A DNA stretch of 24,000 nt from Methanogenium organophilum (GTDB lineage Archaea > Halobacteriota > Methanomicrobia > Methanomicrobiales > Methanomicrobiaceae). The stretch covers positions 2,480,715 to 2,504,714 of the forward strand of contig NZ_CP113361.1 of NCBI RefSeq assembly GCF_026684035.1, in the 5' to 3' direction. The notes beneath the pieces were generated by a model that saw only the letters and a program-made list of their open reading frames with translations, did not search any database and had not been told where the DNA came from. Shown here piece after piece: positions 14,135-23,624 of the stretch. The position numbers were made by a program, and so were the translations under genes. How positions within the stretch are numbered: position 1 is the first letter of the stretch; every line of letters begins with the position of its first letter.

Positions 14135-15538
14135 TACTTTTGTACCGTTAATTCTCAGTTATTCTAACTATCCTCCGGAAAGGCATAAGATGCTATCCCG
14201 GCATCAAAATATGTTTAAGGGGGAATCTCCGGTAATTATTTTCAGTAATAATTCCGAATCAGCAGAAATGGAAATGGGGTGTGAATTTGTTTTCATTGGG
14301 TCTTAGAAATTCTAAACCCGATTATATGGTTTCTCAATTTTTGATGAATGTCTATAAGAGGAAATAAAATCACTGTGAAAGTGTAAAACAGGATAATCGT
14401 CCTTATCTGGAGCGGGTTTCCTGGTGTGTATACTCCTCGGAAATTCCTATTGGCCCATATTCCACATTTGCTGCCTCACTTACATTCAAAGGTAGTCGGT
14501 AGTATTTCTTTTGAGAGTTTTTCAATAATAAGAAAATCATTCCTTCAAATTTTCCGTATTTATTGAACAGATTATCCAAAATGGATCACTGGAAAGAAAA
14601 CTGGCATCACCTCACAGACATAAGTCCCGAAATCGCCTGATTATCAGTGATAATGCCAATGGTTTTGGATATTTTCGGACTATAAAGCACATTATCATTG
14701 GCAATTGGTAAATTTAGCTGGTATATCTTCACTTATCCCATTATTCTATCCTCATACACACCTTTTACCTCTGGAACAAGGAGAGCGTGTTCAATACCAA
14801 TACGCAGAACTTCTGTATTGGCTATCTCATGAAAATCTCTGGAATGATCGAAGTGAACAATCCAAAATTATGGAGAAGGCTAAAAGAATCAGGAGGATGA
14901 TTAATGGCTGAAGGGCAACCGGTAAGATAGACGATAAAATGATTGTACCTAAAAATTCAGGCATCCTGAAATTTCCTGTCAAACCGAAAGAAAAGAATAA
15001 TCATTGTGTGGGCGTGGATCGATCCCGTTGATTTTATAGAAACCTTTATGGCGGAATGGTTTTTTGCCTAATCGTGGCAAAATCTAATGGTCCCCGCCAT
15101 GATGGGTGAGTGCCAGTCGGTGTCTTGAGCACAGACACTTTGAAATATTAGCATGGGCTGGTCACTGGCGGTTATTCGGGCAGATTCTGTTATATGTACT
15201 GGTAATAGTTGTGATGACAATGAAATCTGTCAGGTGCTCAAACGAATGTGTGTTGGGAATAAAAACGAATATTATAAATAATATAATACATTTCCACAAT
15301 TTGAATTAATGAAATAACTAAATTTTATTTAGTTCCATTTGTCCGCCAATTTCTGTATTTGTGCCCAATTTGCCAGTATTATTATTTAATAAAATAAATA
15401 TGGGGATTTGGTTGTTTTTGGAATTTGGAATACATATTTATACTATAATGCCACCACTACGCACAATGTTACCAATCTCAGCATTTGCATCAGAACAGTA
15501 GTAAATTTCACTCAGGATTAATGAAAAGGGAGGAATAT

Positions 15539-16606
15539 ATGCAACAAATACAGAATCAGGTAGTAAGTAAATCGAATCCGACAAAGACTTCAATCAATAT
15601 GGATCCTATGCAGAATCAGATCGTAAATAAATCGACCCTGATAAAGCCCCCCGTCAATTTGGATCCTATACAGAATCAGGTAGGTAGAAAATCAACTCCG
15701 ACAAAGACCCCCGTCAATTTGGATTCGATACAATACAATAAACTGTCTGCAATTATCCCGGCTTACAATGAAGCTTTGTCGATTGGAAGTCTCGTCCTGA
15801 AGACGAAGAAGTATGTTGATCATGTCATTGTCATCGATGACGGTTCAAATGACAAAACAGCAGATATTGCCAGGCTTGCTGGTGCAACGGTAATTCAGCT
15901 TGAAAAAAATCAGGGTAAAGCACAAGCTCTGATGTATGGGTTTGAACTGCTAAAACAGGAGGGTTACACAACAGCAGTGATGTTTGACGGAGATGGACAG
16001 CATAATCCTGACGACATTCCTGCCATCGTTGAACCCGTCCTCAGAGGCGAGGCTGATCTTGTTATCGGTTCGCGATACCTTGGAAAGGAATCTGCTATTC
16101 CTGCTTATCGAATGATCGGGCAGAAAACACTGGGTGCATTCACAAATTTTGGAGCAAAGACAAAAACAACCGATTCGACATCAGGGTTCAGGGCATTGAG
16201 CACTAAGGCCATAAATAACCTTGATTTCAGCTCCGAGGGCTACAGTATTGAATTTGATATGATCAATCACTTCGCCTCACGAAATTTGCAGATCACCGAA
16301 GTCCCCATAGAGGTAGCATACGGTGATCCGAATTTTCATAAGAAAAATGCATTTACGCAAGGTCTTGGACCTCTGTACGATCTGATAGGGACCGTTGGAT
16401 ATAAGCGTCCAATGTTGGTATTTGTATTTACCGGCGCGTTAATTGCTCTATTTGGACTTTTAGCCGGATATTTCGCGTTTCCTATGGAATTCCCGTTCAT
16501 TCTTACGATGGTGAGTGCTGTAGCGGTACTTCTTGGATTCCTCCTCATATCGTCAGGACTGTTACTCAATTCGCTGGTCCAGATTATGAAAATCTACAGG
16601 AAATGA
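15539..16606 (+). CDS. Family 2 glycosyltransferase, polyprenyl/dolichyl-phosphate sugar synthase type (GtrB/ArnC/Dpm1-like) with a repeat-bearing N-terminus and two C-terminal TM helices
   Basis: The start is placed at the ATG at 15539, with GGGAGG 7 nt upstream. The GT2 core reads LSAIIPAYNEALSIGSLV...VIVIDDGSNDKTADIA...MFDGDGQHNPDD...GSRY. The C-terminal hydrophobic pair MLVFVFTGALIALFGLLAGYF / ILTMVSAVAVLLGFLLISSGLLL is as in GtrB-type enzymes. Confidence 0.8.
   Translation: MQQIQNQVVSKSNPTKTSINMDPMQNQIVNKSTLIKPPVNLDPIQNQVGRKSTPTKTPVNLDSIQYNKLSAIIPAYNEALSIGSLVLKTKKYVDHVIVIDDGSNDKTADIARLAGATVIQLEKNQGKAQALMYGFELLKQEGYTTAVMFDGDGQHNPDDIPAIVEPVLRGEADLVIGSRYLGKESAIPAYRMIGQKTLGAFTNFGAKTKTTDSTSGFRALSTKAINNLDFSSEGYSIEFDMINHFASRNLQITEVPIEVAYGDPNFHKKNAFTQGLGPLYDLIGTVGYKRPMLVFVFTGALIALFGLLAGYFAFPMEFPFILTMVSAVAVLLGFLLISSGLLLNSLVQIMKIYRK
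15548..15727 (+). repeat. Three in-frame 60-bp tandem repeats, with a partial fourth beginning at 15728
   Basis: Units lie at 15548-15607, 15608-15667 and 15668-15727. Units 1 and 3 match at 48 of 60 positions by hand count. They encode [IM]QNQ[VI]xxKS(x3)K(x3)N(L/M)D(P/S) 20-mers. Confidence 0.9.
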
Positions 16607-17017
16607 ATGAAACAGGCAATGAAAATGGGGTTTATTATTCACAATGATCTCGTTCCCTGTGATCCGGAGATGTCATTATTTGAGAAACACGGAGTGTTTT
16701 CCTTTTACCATAGCCAAATCTCTGAAAATGATATCATTATACGGACATACGGATTTGGAAAACCGGTGAAAATGGCAGATGTTAACAACAGTATTTCAGA
16801 GGATTTGCTTGAAAGGGGGGCTGGAAAATTCATGTCGCCTTTGGATCCTAAGAGTCTGGCCAGGATGATTTTCACGCTGTTAAAGAGCAATGCTCAAAGA
16901 AGGGATACGAGAACAAATATCCTGATTAAATTAAAACCGGATTTATTACAGGAATCCTTGTTGAACACGCGATTGTTCCGGAATTCCGGGAATTCCTCTC
17001 AAAGAGAAATGGGATAA
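16607..17017 (+). CDS. Hypothetical protein; possibly a remnant of the C-terminal part of a GT-B (group 1) glycosyltransferase
   Basis: 136-aa ORF abutting the previous stop (TGAATG). GFGKPVKMADVNNSISEDLLERGAGKFMSPLDPKSLARMIFTLLKSN loosely resembles the G-x-P-V-I...E-x-v...G-x-l-v-x-p-x-d...la-x-x-i-x-x-ll block of GT4 enzymes. The N-terminal domain and the E-x7-E context are missing. Confidence 0.4.
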   Translation: MKQAMKMGFIIHNDLVPCDPEMSLFEKHGVFSFYHSQISENDIIIRTYGFGKPVKMADVNNSISEDLLERGAGKFMSPLDPKSLARMIFTLLKSNAQRRDTRTNILIKLKPDLLQESLLNTRLFRNSGNSSQREMG

Positions 17018-17073
17018 ATTTGTTTTTGTCAGAGAGACTCATTTAACCAGATTTCCTATGGGTAGGTAAATTT

Positions 17074-19287
17074 ATGGAGAACAAAATGAAATTATCAGAT
17101 CCTTTTCAAATGAATGATTGGCCAATTATTCCTTTACTAAAACTAGTTATTGCCCTCCATCTCGTTTTAGTGGGTCTGATAACCCTTGAATATTTAGGAT
17201 TCTCAATCCCGGTCTTACGACAACTCATCAGTTTTTTATATATCATATATATCCCTGGGATGCTGGTTCTTAGAATTCTTGGGATGCATAACCTTAAGTC
17301 ATCAGAAACGCTGCTCTATTCAATTGGATCAAGCATTGCAGTGTTAATGTTTACCGGATGTGTCATGAACATTGTTTATCCGTTTTTTGGAATTCAAAGG
17401 CCATTTTCGACAATTCCGATGATACTCACAATAAGCGGGATTATTCTAATCCTTTGCATTCTTTGTTATATTCGTGATAAAGAATTTGCAATTCCACATT
17501 TCATCAACATTGATAGAAAGGACTATCCGGTAATTTTTGGTTTGCTTCTCATCCCCTGTCTATCTGTGCTGGGGACACACCTGATGAATGTTCATCATAA
17601 TAACATTCTCCTGATGTTCATGATCGTTGTAATTGCACTGGTTGCCATATTGATCGGTTTTGATAAGGTTATTCCGACAAAATTCTATCCTTTGGCTATT
17701 TTTGTGCTGACACTTTCTCTTTTGTTTCATAAATCACTCATATCGATGAATCTATGGGGGTGGGACATCTTTCATGAATATTACCTTGCTAATCTGGTGA
17801 TCGAGAATTCATTCTGGGATTCAACAATTCGTGCAAATACCAATGCAATGCTAAGTATTGTTTCTCTTATACCCTTTTTTTCATCTATATGTGACATGGA
17901 TCCGGTCTGGGTACTGAAAATAATTTATCCCTTCATATTTTCATTGGTACCTCTGGGATTATATGTTGCAGTAAAAAAACAAACGAATATGAAAATCGCA
18001 TTCTTTTCAATGTTCTTTTTCATCTCGATTTTTACTTTCTATTCTGAAATGCTCGCATTGGCACGGCAGCAAATAGCAGAATTATTCCTTGTCCTGACAA
18101 TTTTGGTGATGATCGATAAAACGATGGACAGAAGAAAGAGTCTACATTTACTGTACCTATTTGGTGCTTCAATTATCGTATCCCATTATGGCCTGACATG
18201 GATATACCTGTTCTCTCTCATTGCTGTGTGGATACTCTTGATTTTAATGGAAAATTCGAAGATTTGGGCATTCAAAGAGATCATTTATTCCAAAATACGA
18301 AAAATTGTTGATAAATCTCAGGGAAATTCCGGTCAAATACCAGTACCGTTCAGGACAATAACTCTGGCTTATGTATTGTTCTTTATAATGTTTACCATTT
18401 TTTGGTACATTACCTTCTCGAGTGGATCCGTTCTTGACTCGGTTATTGCTATTGGCGAACGGATTGTGACCAGTATCTCTGATGACTTTATGAATCCTGA
18501 GGCTGCGCAGGGAATGAGTGTCATCGTCACGGAGGCCACATCAATGTTGCATACCATTACCAAATATCTGCATTTTGTGACAATATTTTTTATTATTGTT
18601 GGACTCTTTATCTGCGTGATTTTAAGAGACAAATTCAAATTTGAGAACGAGTATGTTGCTTTTTCTGAAATAAATTTTTTAATCTGCGTTGGCGGCGTTA
18701 CCATACCATATTTTGCCAACGCACTCAATACAACAAGGCTGTACCATATAACCCTCATTTTTTTGGCACCGTTCTGTATAATCGGTGCGTTGATCGTCTT
18801 TAGTATTATTTTCAGACATTTCTTCAAAGGCAATTCATATGGGGCGATCTCAATATTTTTCGTGATTTTTCTATTATTTAATTCCGGATTTGTTGATGAA
18901 ATTGCAACGGGCAAATCAACGTCTATAGCGTTGGACCATACAGCCATTGAAAGCACCACAGACTCTGAACTCTTCAATGATCGGGAAGTTTCAGGTGCCC
19001 AATGGCTGGACAGTGTGCATAATGATCTGATCTTTGTTGATGAAATACGGAGAAATTTATTCAAAAGTTTTGGATATTTATACACGGAAACTTTGCCTGA
19101 TAATTCGAGTAAAATGTGGGGGCACGCGTACCTCTATTTGGGGACATACAATATTATGGAAAAACAAAGTCGAACTGAAGAACATGAAACGACAGCTACG
19201 ACCATAATGAATAATGATTCAATGAGCGTTTTTCTGAATCGAAATAAAATCTTTGCCAACGGTGGTGCAGAGGTGTATTACAAGTGA
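17074..19287 (+). CDS. Large polytopic membrane protein, GT-C-like (resembles archaeal DUF2206-type / O-antigen-polymerase-like proteins)
   Basis: 737 aa with more than 12 hydrophobic segments throughout residues 15-610, followed by a soluble tail of about 120 aa ending ...NKIFANGGAEVYYK. No WWDYG motif is present, so it is not a canonical AglB. The family assignment is from memory only. Alternative start at Met5 (17086). Confidence 0.6.
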   Translation: MENKMKLSDPFQMNDWPIIPLLKLVIALHLVLVGLITLEYLGFSIPVLRQLISFLYIIYIPGMLVLRILGMHNLKSSETLLYSIGSSIAVLMFTGCVMNIVYPFFGIQRPFSTIPMILTISGIILILCILCYIRDKEFAIPHFINIDRKDYPVIFGLLLIPCLSVLGTHLMNVHHNNILLMFMIVVIALVAILIGFDKVIPTKFYPLAIFVLTLSLLFHKSLISMNLWGWDIFHEYYLANLVIENSFWDSTIRANTNAMLSIVSLIPFFSSICDMDPVWVLKIIYPFIFSLVPLGLYVAVKKQTNMKIAFFSMFFFISIFTFYSEMLALARQQIAELFLVLTILVMIDKTMDRRKSLHLLYLFGASIIVSHYGLTWIYLFSLIAVWILLILMENSKIWAFKEIIYSKIRKIVDKSQGNSGQIPVPFRTITLAYVLFFIMFTIFWYITFSSGSVLDSVIAIGERIVTSISDDFMNPEAAQGMSVIVTEATSMLHTITKYLHFVTIFFIIVGLFICVILRDKFKFENEYVAFSEINFLICVGGVTIPYFANALNTTRLYHITLIFLAPFCIIGALIVFSIIFRHFFKGNSYGAISIFFVIFLLFNSGFVDEIATGKSTSIALDHTAIESTTDSELFNDREVSGAQWLDSVHNDLIFVDEIRRNLFKSFGYLYTETLPDNSSKMWGHAYLYLGTYNIMEKQSRTEEHETTATTIMNNDSMSVFLNRNKIFANGGAEVYYK

Positions 19288-19470
19288 TCTCTCATGCCGG
19301 AAGGAAAGGTACTATGAGAAAACCGGAAAACAACTTTTGCCTATCCGATGATTTATCATGGGACAGATATTGTATTGATGTCGTAATGTCCTGGTTTGAT
19401 CAATATATTTATTTGATCTTATTAGTTCTTACAGATGGTTTTATTCCCAATTGCAATAGCTATAGATTAA

Positions 19471-20934
19471 ATGACCTTGTTTGATAGCCAGTCTTTTGCC
19501 AAAGATGTTTTAAAACTTGTAACCGGCACCACATTTGCCCAGATTATCATAGTTTTATCCTCACCGGTTCTCACTCGTCTCTATGGTCCTGAAGCCTTTG
19601 GATTACTTGCTATCTTTACTTCAATTATGGGCATCATAGGAATCATTGCCTGCGTACGGTACGAACTTGCGATTATGCTTCCCGATGATGATCGCGAAGC
19701 TGCAAATCTGTTGGGTATTTGCCTACTCTGTGCGGTAATGGTCAGTATACTAACTATACCAATTTTTTATTTTGGTGGAGATTTCCTTATTTCCCTGCTT
19801 CAGGCGCCTGATCTTGCACCATACCTAATCATAATTCCACTATTTGTTTTTGTTAACGGTGTCTTTCTGTCACTGAACTACTGGAATTCACGTACCAAAC
19901 TTTTCGGACGCCTTTCGATTGCTAATATTATCAGTTCTGTTACAGGAACGGGTGTAAAGTTGGGGGCCGGATTAGCAGGGTATACAACAGGAGGAAGCCT
20001 CATTGGTGCAAACCTAATAGGTTCTTCTGTCTCAACTGCAGTGCTTGGAGGACAGATCTGGCGAGACGATCGTGTCCTTCTGCGTGAAAGCATCTCCTGG
20101 AAGAAAATGCTGGAAGGGCTAAAGCGTTACAAAAAATTCCCTCTGATTGATAGCGGTTCGGCACTGTTAAACACTCTTTCGTGGCATTTACCGACGTTTA
20201 TCCTGGCAGCGTTTTTTTCTCCGGTTATAGTTGGTTATTATTCACTTGGTTTTATGGTACTTCAACTGCCTATGACTTTGATCGGTGGTTCGATATCTCA
20301 GGTATTTTTTCAGCAGGCGTCAGTAGAATACAGAAGCGGTGATCTCGCCTCATTTGTGGAAACAATATCTGAAGTTCTCCTTAAAGTTGGGTTACTCCCG
20401 ATGTTGATCGTTGGAATTGTCGGGCCGGATATTTTTTCGGTGGTATTTGGAAGTGCATGGGAGGAGGCAGGATTATATGCACAAATATTGAGTTTTTGGA
20501 CCATAATCTGGTTTTTATATGCGCCATTAAGTACAATATACGTTGTACTGGAAAAACAGAGTTTTGGACTAATATTTAGTGGATTTAATTTCATTACACG
20601 AATTATATCTCTGTTTGTTGGTGGCATGATGGGAAGTGTGGTTATTGCTCTTGGCTTATTATCATTTTCTGGAATTTTGATTTATGGTATTTTTTTTGTG
20701 ATGCTTGTAGGTATGGCCGGAATGCCGCGGAAAAATATAATTCGAGTAATTGGGAAGTCATTTGGTATAACGATTCCAGCAATTGTAATTCTTATATTTG
20801 CTAAATTACTTGCGCTAAATTCTATAATTATATTAGTATTATCGTGTTTAATTTTTATTGCCTATTACCTATATGTTGTCCTGGCAGATCCGAACATTAA
20901 AAAGTTCATTCCTTTTTCATTTAATTTGAAATGA
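19471..20934 (+). CDS. Wzx-type oligosaccharide flippase (polysaccharide biosynthesis protein, MOP superfamily)
   Basis: 487 aa with about 12-14 TM segments. The N-terminus, VLKLVTGTTFAQIIIVLSSPVLTRLYGPEAFGLLAIFTSI, is typical of PST-family flippases. Confidence 0.8.
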   Translation: MTLFDSQSFAKDVLKLVTGTTFAQIIIVLSSPVLTRLYGPEAFGLLAIFTSIMGIIGIIACVRYELAIMLPDDDREAANLLGICLLCAVMVSILTIPIFYFGGDFLISLLQAPDLAPYLIIIPLFVFVNGVFLSLNYWNSRTKLFGRLSIANIISSVTGTGVKLGAGLAGYTTGGSLIGANLIGSSVSTAVLGGQIWRDDRVLLRESISWKKMLEGLKRYKKFPLIDSGSALLNTLSWHLPTFILAAFFSPVIVGYYSLGFMVLQLPMTLIGGSISQVFFQQASVEYRSGDLASFVETISEVLLKVGLLPMLIVGIVGPDIFSVVFGSAWEEAGLYAQILSFWTIIWFLYAPLSTIYVVLEKQSFGLIFSGFNFITRIISLFVGGMMGSVVIALGLLSFSGILIYGIFFVMLVGMAGMPRKNIIRVIGKSFGITIPAIVILIFAKLLALNSIIILVLSCLIFIAYYLYVVLADPNIKKFIPFSFNLK

Positions 20935-21061
20935 TTTCATGGTTTCACTCTCTTAATACCCAGAGATGATCAGTCTGCTTCCAAATAATAGGTATAGCCG
21001 TCGTATGATTGGATCATAAGCCAGTATGGGCTAAATATTTTATAAATTAATTATACATGAA

Positions 21062-22147
21062 TTATTCAAAATTCATTAATATTTTCAATCCGTCCTTTGT
21101 ACCGTTCAGGTAAGCTTTGGTAGAATTTACGTTTCTTTGATGGATTAACAGTATCCCAATGGTATACCAAAATTTTCGAATAAAAAAATTGCAGAGATAA
21201 ACGAATTGCTGAGAATTTTTTGCATGTTTTTTCATAAATAAAAACTCATTTCGGACCATGTAGTATATTGCAATAGATCTTCCTTTCCCAATTTTTGTTG
21301 AACCACCTCCTTTATGCCAAATCTTCGAACGATATGCATAAACAGATTTCCAACCTCCTCTAAATCCCCGTATGCCCCAGTCATTTTCTTCTCTAAATGA
21401 AACGTAGGTATTATCCAACATACCAATCTTTTTTACCATACTGACCTTTGCTAATAAACATGAACCATGCACATAATCAACATCATAGTTTTTGTCATAT
21501 TGCCCAACATCAATTTCATTTAATCCAATATGCCTGGTACGGAAAATCCAGATATTTTGTTTGCCTCCTGCAAATTGGATCGTATTTTTGCTCCCATTAT
21601 AATTATACTGATAAATTTTGGGTCCGACAAATCCAATGCAATTGCCACGTTCACCAACATGTATTAGTTCTGTCAGAAAATTTCTATCAACGACTGTGTC
21701 ATTATTGAGAAGCAAAACATAATCTGAGTTCAGATAATTAATAGCAAATCTCATCGCAATGTTATTGCCTTCAGTAAAACCTTCGTTTTTATCATTTTTT
21801 ACCAATCTTAATCTCTTATTTGGCGGTATTGATTGCAAGAATGTTTTCTGGGACAATGATGTCTTAGGGTCACTTGCCTCATATTCAATAATGTGAATAG
21901 GTTTGTTATCAATCTGGAATTTTACAAAATCCGACTGAATGGGAGTATTACCCTGGCAATAATTTCTGATCTGCTCTAATGAATCATTTTCTGATCCATT
22001 ATCCACAACGATTACATCATAATTGGGATATGTTATCTGATAAACAGACTCCAGACATTCAATCGTATCCTTCCATCCATTCCAGTTCAGAATAATGATC
22101 GATACATGAGGGGTTGTTTCCGTATTATTTTTCAGATTGAATTCCAT
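21062..22147 (-). CDS. Family 2 glycosyltransferase (soluble, rhamnosyl/galactosyl-transferase-like)
   Basis: 361 aa. VSIIILNWNGWKDTIECLESVYQITYPNYDVIVVDNGSENDS and LLLNNDTVVD (the DxD-equivalent) match GT2 motifs. Confidence 0.85.
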   Translation of the reverse strand: MEFNLKNNTETTPHVSIIILNWNGWKDTIECLESVYQITYPNYDVIVVDNGSENDSLEQIRNYCQGNTPIQSDFVKFQIDNKPIHIIEYEASDPKTSLSQKTFLQSIPPNKRLRLVKNDKNEGFTEGNNIAMRFAINYLNSDYVLLLNNDTVVDRNFLTELIHVGERGNCIGFVGPKIYQYNYNGSKNTIQFAGGKQNIWIFRTRHIGLNEIDVGQYDKNYDVDYVHGSCLLAKVSMVKKIGMLDNTYVSFREENDWGIRGFRGGWKSVYAYRSKIWHKGGGSTKIGKGRSIAIYYMVRNEFLFMKKHAKNSQQFVYLCNFFIRKFWYTIGILLIHQRNVNSTKAYLNGTKDGLKILMNFE

Positions 22148-22253
22148 CAGACATCATCCTTACAACAATAAACATTTAATTATGCTCCACAGGACCTCCA
22201 TATCACAATTGGAGGCAAACAATGGCAATACTGGTAATGGGTTGAAGATAAAA

Positions 22254-23624
22254 TCATGTGACCAATTCCATACTATATGTCGGTTCTAAATCTCCAAGTA
22301 ATTCCAAATACCTGCTATTCTGTGCATTTCGGGACAGACTATCAAGATCCAACCCCTTATCATTCCTCAGTTCTTCGAGCGTCCCATCCTCCCATTTCTT
22401 ATAAAGCAGTTCAAGGCTGTCCAAAATGTGTGTGGATTGAGATAAACATCCAATTCCCAGATGATGTTTTCGGATAAGTTCGAGAAAATAGGTATTATCG
22501 CTACCAGCGACACCAAAAATTACTTTCCCACTTCGAATATAATCAAAAAATTTTCCTGTTAACACATATCGACTTGTTTTAGTGTCTGTGTGAATCAGAA
22601 ACAGCACATCGCACTCCAACATATATTGTAGAGATGTTTGTGTATCAACAGGGGGCAATACTTCAAGAGTTCCAGGGAAGTGATTTTTAATGTCTTCAAT
22701 TTTTTGGGATGTCTCGGCGCCGACAAATCTTAGCAGGACATTTTTGTTTTCCTGAAAAATATCATATGCATCCAGGAATGAAGAAATATTTCTGTATCCC
22801 CTATTATCAAACGAAATTCCTCCGATGTATCCAATAATCATCCTATCTGAATATGTTTGCCCGGAAACAGTCCCACGATTTTTTGCGTTCTTCAAAACCT
22901 TGTCCCAATTCTGTTTGGAATAGCCGTTTAGGACAACCTCACATTTTTCTTTTGAAAGGTTAAATTTCGATGAAGCATCTAAGAGCATTCTCTCATTTAA
23001 AAATACGACTTTATCTGCATGCTTTAGAGCATTCTGCTCAATATGCTTTGAAATAGGATATGATAAATGAGGAGTGTTCCATGGATCCCGGTAGTCCATA
23101 ATAATATTCACTTCCGGGAAACGCTTTTTTATCTGTTGAACCAGACAAAAAAGCGAAAATGGAGGCCCGCTTATTATGATATTCTTAATCCCTTTTTCAG
23201 ATATGGTATTCAATATTTGTTCCCGTGCATTTCTGATAAATCTGTAACCAGCCACTCCCATACCACAATTTGGCTCGTTAAAAATTCCCTTTTCAAGTGA
23301 AATGATATTTGATTTATAAAAAATATGTTTCGCACTGCCAATCATTTTCTTTTTTAAATAGCTTTCATTTTTCTCACCCTCAGATTCCAGATTGTTCTCT
23401 GAAGATATTGGCATATTTGGAGAACCAACTGGTATTGAATGAAATCGAATTGTGTTGCCATAGTTACCATAATATTCTGCATTTTGGGAGTGGACGACAT
23501 ATACATTATAACAATGGTCCTGAAGATAATCCGCCAGATAATACATCCGTTGGCACCAGCCCCATTGGCTATAAGGAATCATATTAAGCGTGATAATCAT
23601 TACCGATTTCTCACAGTTTTCCAT
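22254..23624 (-). CDS. GT-B fold glycosyltransferase (GT4/group 1-like)
   Basis: 456 aa. IIISGPPFSLF and IMDYRDPW lie in the N-domain. The C-domain has LTGKFFDYIRSGKVIFGVAG (compare the K-l-f-E-Y-x-a-x-G-k-P-v-i pattern). GAGAGG lies about 10 nt upstream of the ATG at 23624. Confidence 0.65.
   Translation of the reverse strand: MENCEKSVMIITLNMIPYSQWGWCQRMYYLADYLQDHCYNVYVVHSQNAEYYGNYGNTIRFHSIPVGSPNMPISSENNLESEGEKNESYLKKKMIGSAKHIFYKSNIISLEKGIFNEPNCGMGVAGYRFIRNAREQILNTISEKGIKNIIISGPPFSLFCLVQQIKKRFPEVNIIMDYRDPWNTPHLSYPISKHIEQNALKHADKVVFLNERMLLDASSKFNLSKEKCEVVLNGYSKQNWDKVLKNAKNRGTVSGQTYSDRMIIGYIGGISFDNRGYRNISSFLDAYDIFQENKNVLLRFVGAETSQKIEDIKNHFPGTLEVLPPVDTQTSLQYMLECDVLFLIHTDTKTSRYVLTGKFFDYIRSGKVIFGVAGSDNTYFLELIRKHHLGIGCLSQSTHILDSLELLYKKWEDGTLEELRNDKGLDLDSLSRNAQNSRYLELLGDLEPTYSMELVT

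Noticed and set aside
15001-15040. GTGGATCGATCCCG as a possible tRNA T-arm fragment or att-site repeat marking the island boundary
   Set aside because: It does not match the tRNA-Glu 3' end (GGGGTTCGAATCCCCATATCAGCA) beyond a few bases. GGATCGATCC is simply a self-complementary 10-mer.
14705-15309. ORFs 14705-14911 (68 aa) and 15106-15309 (67 aa)
   Set aside because: No ribosome-binding site and no recognisable domain. They sit in a region where all frames are peppered with stops, so they are treated as chance ORFs in decayed DNA.
15548-15727. Whether the regular 60-bp repeats are a CRISPR array
   Set aside because: The units are contiguous with no spacers, are only about 80% identical, keep the reading frame of a GT2 gene and encode a sensible peptide repeat. 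No CRISPR-like repeat-spacer array exists anywhere in the window.
19284-19484. 66-aa ORF between the GT-C-like gene and the flippase
   Set aside because: It overlaps both neighbouring genes' ends and has no motif or ribosome-binding site. It is probably intergenic sequence containing the flippase promoter.
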